64,000 bases of DNA from Candidatus Omnitrophota bacterium (lineage in GTDB: Bacteria; Omnitrophota; Gorgyraeia; JAGLLT01): the NCBI GenBank assembly GCA_023140385.1, contig JAGLLT010000039.1:34381-98380 (forward strand). Reading direction: 5' to 3'. The notes beneath the pieces were generated by a model. The model was not told where the DNA came from. It saw nothing but the letters and a program-made list of their open reading frames with translations, and searched no databases. The translations under genes and the position numbers were made by a program. This document shows, piece by piece, positions 49,163 through 56,254 of this stretch (position 1 is its first letter; each line of letters opens with the position of its first letter).

Positions 49163-49837
49163 ATGGCTTCCCAAACCCCCCTGAAGATTGTTATTACAGC
49201 AGGCCCGACCCGCGAACCCCTTGACGCGGTACGGTTTATGTCAAATTACTCAACCGGCACCATTGGCTATCAAATGGCAAGAGAGGCCATAAGGAGAGGC
49301 CATAAGGTTGTTCTTATAAGCGGGCCGGTCAGCCTTAAAGCACCTGAGAAGGCCATAGTGGTGAAGGTAGAGTCTGCCAGAGAAATGTATTTGGCGGTAA
49401 ACAAGCACTTTAAATTATGCCACTGCCTGATTATGTCAGCCGCCGTCTCAGACTACCGCCCCAAAAAAATTATTTCCGGCAAGTTAAAAAAGATAAGAAA
49501 GAACCTTTCTTTAGATTTAGTTCGTAACCCCGATATCCTTAAACAGCTGGCAAAGATAAAAAAAGATAGAATAACCGTAGGCTTTGCTCTTGAGGCCTCC
49601 AATCTTATCTCCAATGCTTCCAATAAGTTAAGAGAAAAAAACCTTGATTTAATTATAGCCAATAAAAAAACTAAAGGCCCAAGCCCCTTTGGAAAAGAGA
49701 AGCCGAGCGGTTTTTTTATAGATAACAGGCTAAAAGCCGAAAGATTTACCAAAATCCCGAAAAAAGCGCTGGCCGGCCTGATTATTGACAAAGTCGAAAA
49801 GTTATGGTATACTTATCACAGAAGTAAAAGGGGATAA
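49163..49837 (+). CDS. coaB: Phosphopantothenate-cysteine ligase (separate CoaB)
   Basis: ITAGPTREPLDAVRFMSNYSTG, AAVSDY, NPDIL, GFALE, IIAN. Confidence 0.92.
   Translation: MASQTPLKIVITAGPTREPLDAVRFMSNYSTGTIGYQMAREAIRRGHKVVLISGPVSLKAPEKAIVVKVESAREMYLAVNKHFKLCHCLIMSAAVSDYRPKKIISGKLKKIRKNLSLDLVRNPDILKQLAKIKKDRITVGFALEASNLISNASNKLREKNLDLIIANKKTKGPSPFGKEKPSGFFIDNRLKAERFTKIPKKALAGLIIDKVEKLWYTYHRSKRG
49785..49813 (+). promoter_or_regulatory. Strong promoter for the pilin gene
   Basis: TTGACA-17 bp-TATACT with TGn, inside the end of coaB. Confidence 0.75.
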
Positions 49838-49959
49838 GTGGGTAGGGCGAAACGCCTGAAAAGGTGAAGTTTGCCCTGGTAAAAGTATTAATTATGTCCT
49901 CTTTTGCGGGTTTAAGAAGGCATAGTAGATATAGACCAATGGGAAAGGAGGTGAAGAAG

Positions 49960-50373
49960 ATGAGAAAGGCAAAAGGTTTTACTCTTGTTGAGCTAATGAT
50001 TGTTATGGTCATTATAGGTATTTTACTTAGCTTACTGCTTCCAGGTGTATTTACCGCCCAAAAATCAGCTGTTGATACACAGACTGCCAGCAACCTGCGT
50101 CAGATAGGCATAGCTCTTTTTGCTTATGCTAAAGATAACAACGGGACTTTACCAAAATGCGCAGCAGATGCTCTAGACGATGTTCTGGTAACCGACTATC
50201 TGGATGATGCTAGCGTTTTTTTAAATGGAGATGGTATCGAAATGAATTATAAGCAAATCACCGGCCCTAACTTATACGCCCTGACTTCAGGTACTTGGCT
50301 AATGGCTGATGATGATACTAACGGAAGTAATCAGTGTGTTTGTGCTGATGGCCATGTGGCAGTAAGTAATTAG
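49960..50373 (+). CDS. Type IV pilin-like protein (PVC-type, C-terminal DGHV), candidate major pilin
   Basis: AAGGAGGTG RBS; G|FTLVE, LLP, SNLRQIGIAL..Y..DN, N...ADGHV. Confidence 0.85.
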   Translation: MRKAKGFTLVELMIVMVIIGILLSLLLPGVFTAQKSAVDTQTASNLRQIGIALFAYAKDNNGTLPKCAADALDDVLVTDYLDDASVFLNGDGIEMNYKQITGPNLYALTSGTWLMADDDTNGSNQCVCADGHVAVSN

Positions 50374-50403
50374 TAAGGTATTGGAGTGACGTGGTGATCT
50401 AAG

Positions 50404-50446
50404 ATAAAAGAGCACTTAAGTGTTTTAAAATTAAGTGCTCTTTTAT
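50404..50446. terminator. Intrinsic terminator after the first pilin
   Basis: ATAAAAGAGCACTTAA-11 nt-TTAAGTGCTCTTTTAT. Confidence 0.8.
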
Positions 50447-50493
50447 TAAGGGGGAGTAAGTTTAACCTTTAATTCAGATGAAAAGGTTGTAAG

Positions 50494-50904
50494 ATGTACT
50501 TATCAAAAAGGCGGGCGGGATTTACCTTAATTGAGCTGATGATTGTTATTACCATCATATCCATACTTATCGGGCTCATACTTACAGGCCTTTTTCAAGG
50601 GCAGGTACAGGCGGTTAAGATAAATGTTAGTAACAACTTAAGGCAGTGCGCTATAGGTATTTACGCCTATAGCAGAGACCATGCCGGCCAATGTCCGGGC
50701 AGTTGGGATGAGCTGACAGGCGGAAGTGCACCTTATCTGGATACCGTTAAGGTTACTAAAAATATTACCGGTGATGACTTTGTCCTTGACTGTGCCGGTG
50801 ATAATATGTATAAGATGGAATTAAGCGAGCCGTTAGCCAGTGATGTCAACGGAGCCAAACCAACCAATTTATACGTTTACGGTGACGGCCACGTAGGGCG
50901 GTAG
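50494..50904 (+). CDS. Second PVC-type pilin-like protein
   Basis: G|FTLIE, NNLRQ..GI..Y..DH, YGDGHV. Confidence 0.85.
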   Translation: MYLSKRRAGFTLIELMIVITIISILIGLILTGLFQGQVQAVKINVSNNLRQCAIGIYAYSRDHAGQCPGSWDELTGGSAPYLDTVKVTKNITGDDFVLDCAGDNMYKMELSEPLASDVNGAKPTNLYVYGDGHVGR

Positions 50905-50971
50905 TTGATTATTATACAGACTTTGAGAATTTTTGAATTCAAACTATGGCATAAAAAATGGTAGTTTATGA

Positions 50972-51013
50972 GAAGCTTTCCCTGCATCATAATCGGGAAA
51001 GCTTCGTTTTTTT
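50972..51013 (+). terminator. Intrinsic terminator
   Basis: GAAGCTTTCCC-loop-GGGAAAGCTTC followed by GTTTTTTT. Confidence 0.75.
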
Positions 51014-51079
51014 GCTTGACTTTTGTGCTTATAGTGATAGATTGTAAAAAAGTGTTGTATAAAAGTCTTTATAGACTTT

Positions 51080-51154
51080 GGCGGCGTAGCCAAGCGGTAA
51101 GGCAGTGGTCTGCAAAACCATTATTCAGCGGTTCGAGTCCGCTCGCCGCCTCCA
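51080..51154 (+). tRNA. tRNA-Cys(GCA)
   Basis: GGCGGCG/CGCCGCC acceptor stem, CTGCAAA anticodon loop, GGTTCGAGTCC, U73 discriminator, encoded CCA. Confidence 0.97.
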
Positions 51155-51465
51155 GCCGTCGCTCCTACGGAGCTATGGCTGGCAGGCCAGCCTACATTAA
51201 AGTTACAGCTGGCAGGCCCAGCCTGTATTGAAGCTATGATTGGCAGGTCAGTGTTTACGTTGAAGTTTTTTATCCGTTGCAATTGACATAGAAACAAAGG
51301 TGGGTTTGCGTTATATTTAACAGTAAAAGCGGGTTTAATTGTAGCTAGTAGTAAAAGCGGGTTTATCAGTTGAAGTTTATTTCTAAAGTAAAAGCAGGTT
51401 TATCTGTTATGGTTTATTTCTAAAGTAAAAGCGGGCCTGCCCGCCGTAGCTTTAGCGAAGGCGGG
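51152..51465. repeat. Two converging arrays of a ~30-nt hairpin element filling the Cys-Leu spacer
   Basis: Units CCAGCC...TGGCAGG (x3) and CCTGCCCGCCGTAGCTTTAGCGAAGGCGGG with decayed versions ending AGTAAAAGCRGG. Confidence 0.8.
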
Positions 51466-51549
51466 CGAGTGGTGGAATGGCAGACACGTGGGACTTAAAA
51501 TCCCATGGCTGAATAAGCCGTGTGGGTTCGACTCCCACCTCGCCCACCA
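51463..51549 (+). tRNA. tRNA-Leu(TAA)
   Basis: GGGCGAG/CTCGCCC acceptor stem, CTTAAAA anticodon loop, long variable arm GGCT..AGCC, CCA. Confidence 0.97.
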
Positions 51550-51735
51550 GCCGTCGCTCCTACGGAGCTATGGCTGGCAGGCCAGCCCGCACACCTTATG
51601 AACCTTTTTATCCGTTGAAGCTGGAAACAAAAAGGTGGGCTTAAGTTGTAGCTAACAGTAAAAGCAGGTTTATCTGTTATGGTTTATTTCTAAAGTAAAA
51701 GCGGGCCTGCCCGCCGTAGCTTTAGCGAAGGCGGG
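51547..51735. repeat. Same hairpin-element arrays in the Leu-Val spacer
   Basis: 51547-51587 identical to 51152-51192; 51657-51737 identical to 51387-51467. Confidence 0.85.
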
Positions 51736-51809
51736 CGGTTGGCGCAGTTGGTTAGCGCGCCACGTTGACATCGTGGAGGTCACTGGTTCGAATCCAGTAC
51801 CGCCCACCA
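51733..51809 (+). tRNA. tRNA-Val(GAC)
   Basis: GGGCGGT/ACCGCCC acceptor stem, CCACG-TTGACAT-CGTGG, GGTTCGAATCC, CCA. Confidence 0.97.
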
Positions 51810-51917
51810 CCCTACTACTCACAACATAATAGTTGTTCGAGTACAGTGCGCGGCACCGAACTAACTACGTTGAGTTTTGTAGTGGGTATTAACAGGGTTG
51901 GAATTTAAGGACTAATT

Positions 51918-53624
51918 ATGGATTTAAATGTACTAAGGCATAGCACTTCTCATATTCTGGCGCAGGCGGTGAAGAGCCTCTATCCGGGGGTTAAGTTGGG
52001 TATTGGGCCGTCTATTGAAAATGGGTTTTATTATGATTTTGATTTCAAAGAACCCTTGAGGCAGGATGACCTTTCTCGCGTTGAAGAGAAGATGAAGGAG
52101 ATTATAAAAAAGGAGTATAAATTCGAAAGGGAAGCCCTTTCTAAAGAGGAGGCCCTCAAGCTCTTTAAAGGCTTGAAGGAAGCCTATAAGCTGGAACTGA
52201 TAGAGGAACTTGGCGATGAGGAAATATCGGTCTATAAAAACGGAGACTTTGTTGATTTATGTAAAGGCCCGCACCTAGAGTCAACCGGCCAAATTAAACA
52301 TTTTAAACTTTTGAGCGTAGCCGGAGCTTACTGGAGAGGGAATGAGAAAAATGCTCAGCTTACCAGAATATACGGAACGGCCTTTGACACAAAGAGTGAG
52401 TTAAAAGAACATCTTAAAAGAGTTGAGGAGGCCAAAAAGCGGGATCACAGAAAAGGAGCCTCTTTAGGATATTTTAGTATGCATCAGGAGGTAGGGCCGG
52501 GCCTTGTTGTATATCATCCCAAGGGAGCTCTTTTAAGAAACATCATTGAAGATTATTTAAAAAAAGAGCATTTGGCGAGAGATTATCAAATGGTTTTAGG
52601 GCCGCATATTATGAAGTCCGACATCTGGAAGACATCAGGCCACTATGAGTTTTATCGGGAAAATATGTACTTTTTTGAGATAGACGGACAGGAGTACGCG
52701 GTTAAGCCTATGAACTGCCCCGCGCATATTCTGGTCTATGCCGCGAGGATTAGAAGCTACAATGAGCTACCGATAAGGTTTTTTGAGCTGGGCACAGTCT
52801 ACCGTCATGAAAAGTCAGGCGTCTTGCACGGGTTGATGAGGGCCAGAGGCTTTACTCAGGATGACTCTCATATCTTCTGCACCAAAGAACATCTGCGGGA
52901 TGAGATAACAGGTGTTATTGACTTTGTAAAAAGCACAATGAAGGACTTTGGCTTTAGCCAATATGAGTATGAGTTAAGCACCAGGCCTAAAGAGTATATT
53001 GGGAATTTAGAGGATTGGGAGGCGGCAGAAACGGCCCTGAAGAGCTCTCTTGACTCTGAAGGTGAAAAGTATGAAGTCAATGAAGGAGAGGGCGCTTTTT
53101 ACGGCCCTAAGATAGACATAAAAATAAAGGACTCACTCGGCAGGCCCTGGCAGTGCGCGACCATTCAGTGCGACTTTGCCCTGCCGGAGAGGTTTAATTT
53201 GGCTTACATTGGCAGCGACGGCAAAAAGTATCGGCCGGTAATGCTTCACAGAGTTATCTTGGGAAGCCTGGAGAGATTTATCGGAATTTTGCTTGAGCAC
53301 TATGACTTTGCCCTGCCGGTGTGGTTGGCGCCGGCGCAGGTGAGAATTTTAGCGGTTACCTCAAGAGCTGAAGATTACGCGCTAAGCTTAAAGGCGGAAC
53401 TCCGCGGCGGACTAAGGGTTGACGTGGACCCGCGCAATGAAACTCTGGGCAGCAAAATAAGAAGAGCTCAGGAGGAAAAGATTCCTTATATGTGTATCGT
53501 CGGTGATAAAGAAAAGGAGGCGCGCAAGGTATCGGTTCGAAAAAGAGGTAATGAACAGTTAGGAGTAATGACTGTCGAAGATTTTAAAAAAATAGTAATG
53601 GAAGACATTAGAAACAAGTCTTAA
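51918..53624 (+). CDS. thrS: Threonyl-tRNA synthetase (lacks the N-terminal TGS domain)
   Basis: RHSTSH, DLCKGPH, KPMNCP, GLMRARGFTQDD, AFYGPKID, GSLERF. Confidence 0.97.
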   Translation: MDLNVLRHSTSHILAQAVKSLYPGVKLGIGPSIENGFYYDFDFKEPLRQDDLSRVEEKMKEIIKKEYKFEREALSKEEALKLFKGLKEAYKLELIEELGDEEISVYKNGDFVDLCKGPHLESTGQIKHFKLLSVAGAYWRGNEKNAQLTRIYGTAFDTKSELKEHLKRVEEAKKRDHRKGASLGYFSMHQEVGPGLVVYHPKGALLRNIIEDYLKKEHLARDYQMVLGPHIMKSDIWKTSGHYEFYRENMYFFEIDGQEYAVKPMNCPAHILVYAARIRSYNELPIRFFELGTVYRHEKSGVLHGLMRARGFTQDDSHIFCTKEHLRDEITGVIDFVKSTMKDFGFSQYEYELSTRPKEYIGNLEDWEAAETALKSSLDSEGEKYEVNEGEGAFYGPKIDIKIKDSLGRPWQCATIQCDFALPERFNLAYIGSDGKKYRPVMLHRVILGSLERFIGILLEHYDFALPVWLAPAQVRILAVTSRAEDYALSLKAELRGGLRVDVDPRNETLGSKIRRAQEEKIPYMCIVGDKEKEARKVSVRKRGNEQLGVMTVEDFKKIVMEDIRNKS

Positions 53625-53697
53625 GTTTTAAATTTTTGATTTGTACTTAAGACTTATAACTGACAGTCCGCGGCTGTCATAAGGAGGTGCGTGACTT

Positions 53698-54204
53698 ATT
53701 TCCAAAGAAGCGAGAATAAATGAGTTTATCAGGGTTCGCCAGGTAAGAGTTGTAGGCAAGGATGGTGAGCAGGCAGGTATAATGCTTATCGAGGATGCCT
53801 TGAAGACGGCGGAAGAGAATGGACTTGATTTGGTAGAGGTGGCTCCTTCGGCCGCTCCGCCGGTGTGTAGAATAATGGACTACTCAAAATATAAATATGA
53901 GCAGTCCAAAAGAGCCAAAGAGGCCAGGAAAAAACAGAAAGTTATTGAGATAAAGGAAATAAAATTTAAGCCGAAAATTGAAGAACATGATTATCAGGTA
54001 AAATTAGCCCACGCGATCAAGTTTTTGAAAAAGGGAGACAGGATAAAGGTTGCCCTGAGGTTCCGCGGCAGAGAGGTAACCCATCCGGAAATAGGCCGGC
54101 AGCTGCTTGATAGATTTGTTAATGATACTAAAGAGTGCAGTGAAGTTGCCAGGCGGCCTGCCCAAATGGGAAAAACTATTATTATGTATTTAGATCCTAA
54201 ATAA
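53698..54204 (+). CDS. infC: Translation initiation factor IF-3 with ATT start
   Basis: AGGAGG then ATT TCC AAA.. (ISKEARINEFIR..VRVV), in frame with ORF 53782; in-frame TGA at 53692; DLVEVAP, PPVCRIMDY. Confidence 0.93.
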   Translation: MSKEARINEFIRVRQVRVVGKDGEQAGIMLIEDALKTAEENGLDLVEVAPSAAPPVCRIMDYSKYKYEQSKRAKEARKKQKVIEIKEIKFKPKIEEHDYQVKLAHAIKFLKKGDRIKVALRFRGREVTHPEIGRQLLDRFVNDTKECSEVARRPAQMGKTIIMYLDPK

Positions 54205-54298
54205 TTAATTTTAAAAGAACAAATGTAGAAAGCGAATTTTTTTATTTTTTTGTATTTTTATATTTGATTTTAGGTAAAAGGAGAAAGGATAAAATAGT

Positions 54299-54496
54299 AT
54301 GCCCAAGTTAAAAACCAACAAAGGAGTGGCCAAGCGTTTTAAGCTTACCAAGAGCGGTAAGGTTAAAAGGAACAAAGCCGGCCACAGCCATATTCTGGCC
54401 AAAAAAAGCAGAAAAAGAAAAAGGAACCTGCGGCAGGCCGGATTAGTGGATAAGAAGGATGAGAAGAAGCTTAAAAGGCTTATGCCTTATAGTTAA
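54299..54496 (+). CDS. rpmI: 50S ribosomal protein L35
   Basis: MPKLKT.KG.AKRFK.T.SGK. Confidence 0.97.
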   Translation: MPKLKTNKGVAKRFKLTKSGKVKRNKAGHSHILAKKSRKRKRNLRQAGLVDKKDEKKLKRLMPYS

Positions 54497-54572
54497 GCGA
54501 AGAATAGAGCATAGAAGTCAAATGATAAGTGCCCGATGTCCAATTTTTGAAAAAAAGTAAGGAGAGTGTAGT

Positions 54573-54926
54573 ATGCCAAGAGTTAAACATGCGCCAGCAT
54601 CCGCAAAAAGAAGAAAAAAGGTTCTAAAGGCAGCCAAGGGTGCCCGCGGCGGAAGGAGTAAGCTCCTGCGTACGGCTAAAGAAACTGTTCAGAAAGGTTT
54701 GAGTTATGCCTACAGGGACCGCAAAGCGAAGAAAAGAGACTATAGGGTTTTGTGGATTACCCGAATAACGGCCGGCTGTAAAAAGTACGATATTTTGTAT
54801 TCCAGGTTTATCAAAGGTTTGAAAAAAGCCAAAATTGAGCTTAATAGAAAGATGCTTTCAGAACTGGCAGCTACTGATGATAATGCCTTTAGTAAACTTA
54901 TAAAACTGGTAAAAGAGGGTAAGTAG
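54573..54926 (+). CDS. rplT: 50S ribosomal protein L20
   Basis: MPRVK, YAYRDRK.KKRDYR.LWITRI, LNRKMLSELA. Confidence 0.97.
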   Translation: MPRVKHAPASAKRRKKVLKAAKGARGGRSKLLRTAKETVQKGLSYAYRDRKAKKRDYRVLWITRITAGCKKYDILYSRFIKGLKKAKIELNRKMLSELAATDDNAFSKLIKLVKEGK

Positions 54927-54932
54927 ATAATT

Positions 54933-55241
54933 GTGGATAAGGCTATAATTGTTGCTAAAATTAAGAGACAGCAGGCTGAAATCGCGGAGATGATAGCTCA
55001 GCTTGGAGAGGACAGAAGATTAAAGAACGTTCAGAAGATACTTGAGAAGAGGTATAGAGAAACAGGTCATTTGCTGGAGGCTTTGGGTGAAAAGAGCCAC
55101 ATTCCCAGGGGCGTTGTGGAACTGGATGCCGTAGATGAGCTGAAGAAAACTGATAAAAAGATTGAAAAGATTAAAGTTGGTTTAAAGAAAATAGAAAAAC
55201 TTGATAAAGAAAAAAAGAAAATTGAGAAGAGACTGAAATAG
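54933..55241 (+). CDS. Hypothetical coiled-coil protein
   Basis: Fills the rplT-pheS gap with its stop overlapping the pheS start; K/E-rich heptads. Confidence 0.6.
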   Translation: MDKAIIVAKIKRQQAEIAEMIAQLGEDRRLKNVQKILEKRYRETGHLLEALGEKSHIPRGVVELDAVDELKKTDKKIEKIKVGLKKIEKLDKEKKKIEKRLK

Positions 55242-56248
55242 TGTTAAAAGAATTAAAAAAAATTCAAAAGGAGGCCCTGGCAGGGCTGAATAAGGCCGGA
55301 GTTTTAGCAGAGATAGAAAAGATACGCGTGGGATATCTGGGCCGAAAAGGCAGGCTGACGGAGATTCTAAAGAGTTTGCGCAAGCTTCCGTCCGAGCAAA
55401 GGGCGCAGGTGGGTAAGCTGGCCAATGATATTAAGAATAAGCTTATGGCGGAGATAGAAGACCGGCTCAAAAAAATAGAAAGCCGGCCTCGCGGGGAGCG
55501 CGTTGACATAACCCTTCCGGGCATAGTTGCCGCCCATGGAAATAAACATCCGGTTACCCGGATTATAGATGAAATATGTGATATTTTTGTCAGCCTGGGG
55601 TTAAATGTTGTAGAAGGGCCGGAAGCGGAAAGAGAACGGTATAACTTTGAGGCACTGAATATTCCGCTTGATCATCCTTCCAGGGATGCCTTTGATACCT
55701 TTTATATTAAAGATGACCTGCTTTTGCGTTCCCACACCTCTCCGGTACAGATAAGAGTTATGGAGAAGGAAGAACCGCCGGTGGCCGTGATTGTTCCCGG
55801 CAAGGTATATAGACCTGATGCCGTTGATGCTACGCACTCATTTATGTTTCACCAGGTTGAAGGCCTGGTCATAGACAAAAACATTACTTTTTCCGACCTC
55901 AAAGGAACTCTTTCTTTTTTCGCGAACCGTATGTTTGGCGATTCAGTGAAGGTAAGATTCCGGCCTCATTTTTTTCCTTTTACGGAGCCGAGTGCCGATT
56001 TGGATATCAGTTGTATAATCTGCGGCGGCAAGGGTTGCCGCGTCTGTTCCCGAACCGGTTGGCTGGAAGTTATGGGAGCGGGCATGGTCGATCCTGAAGT
56101 TTTCAAAGCGGTCGGTTATAACTATGAAAAGTATAGCGGCTTTGCTTTTGGTATGGGCGTTGAGCGTATAGCTATGCTAAAGTACGGGGTTAACGACATC
56201 AGGTTATTTTTTGAGAACGACCTGAGATTTTTGAGGCAGTGGAGATAA
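55241..56248 (+). CDS. pheS: Phenylalanyl-tRNA synthetase alpha
   Basis: HPSRD..DTF, LRSHTSPVQ, FHQVEG, FPFTEPS, GFAFGMGVER. Confidence 0.97.
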   Translation: MLKELKKIQKEALAGLNKAGVLAEIEKIRVGYLGRKGRLTEILKSLRKLPSEQRAQVGKLANDIKNKLMAEIEDRLKKIESRPRGERVDITLPGIVAAHGNKHPVTRIIDEICDIFVSLGLNVVEGPEAERERYNFEALNIPLDHPSRDAFDTFYIKDDLLLRSHTSPVQIRVMEKEEPPVAVIVPGKVYRPDAVDATHSFMFHQVEGLVIDKNITFSDLKGTLSFFANRMFGDSVKVRFRPHFFPFTEPSADLDISCIICGGKGCRVCSRTGWLEVMGAGMVDPEVFKAVGYNYEKYSGFAFGMGVERIAMLKYGVNDIRLFFENDLRFLRQWR

Positions 56249-56254
56249 TTTTTT

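Noticed and set aside
49150-49175. coaBC frameshift pseudogene
   Set aside because: Both halves are complete with their own stop and ATG; separate CoaB and CoaC are known in other bacteria
49843-49878. Canonical c-di-GMP-I riboswitch
   Set aside because: Lacks GACGCAAAG and the P3 receptor stem; kept only as an unknown structured leader
50968-51231. 87-aa ORF in the track
   Set aside because: Overlaps a terminator, tRNA-Cys and the repeat units
51152-51735. CRISPR array
   Set aside because: No constant repeat with unique spacers; the apparent spacers are decayed parts of the same unit, and there are no cas genes
51860-51875. AACTACGTT as part of an IscB omega/HEARO RNA
   Set aside because: Only a short motif, with no IscB/TnpB gene or other conserved elements
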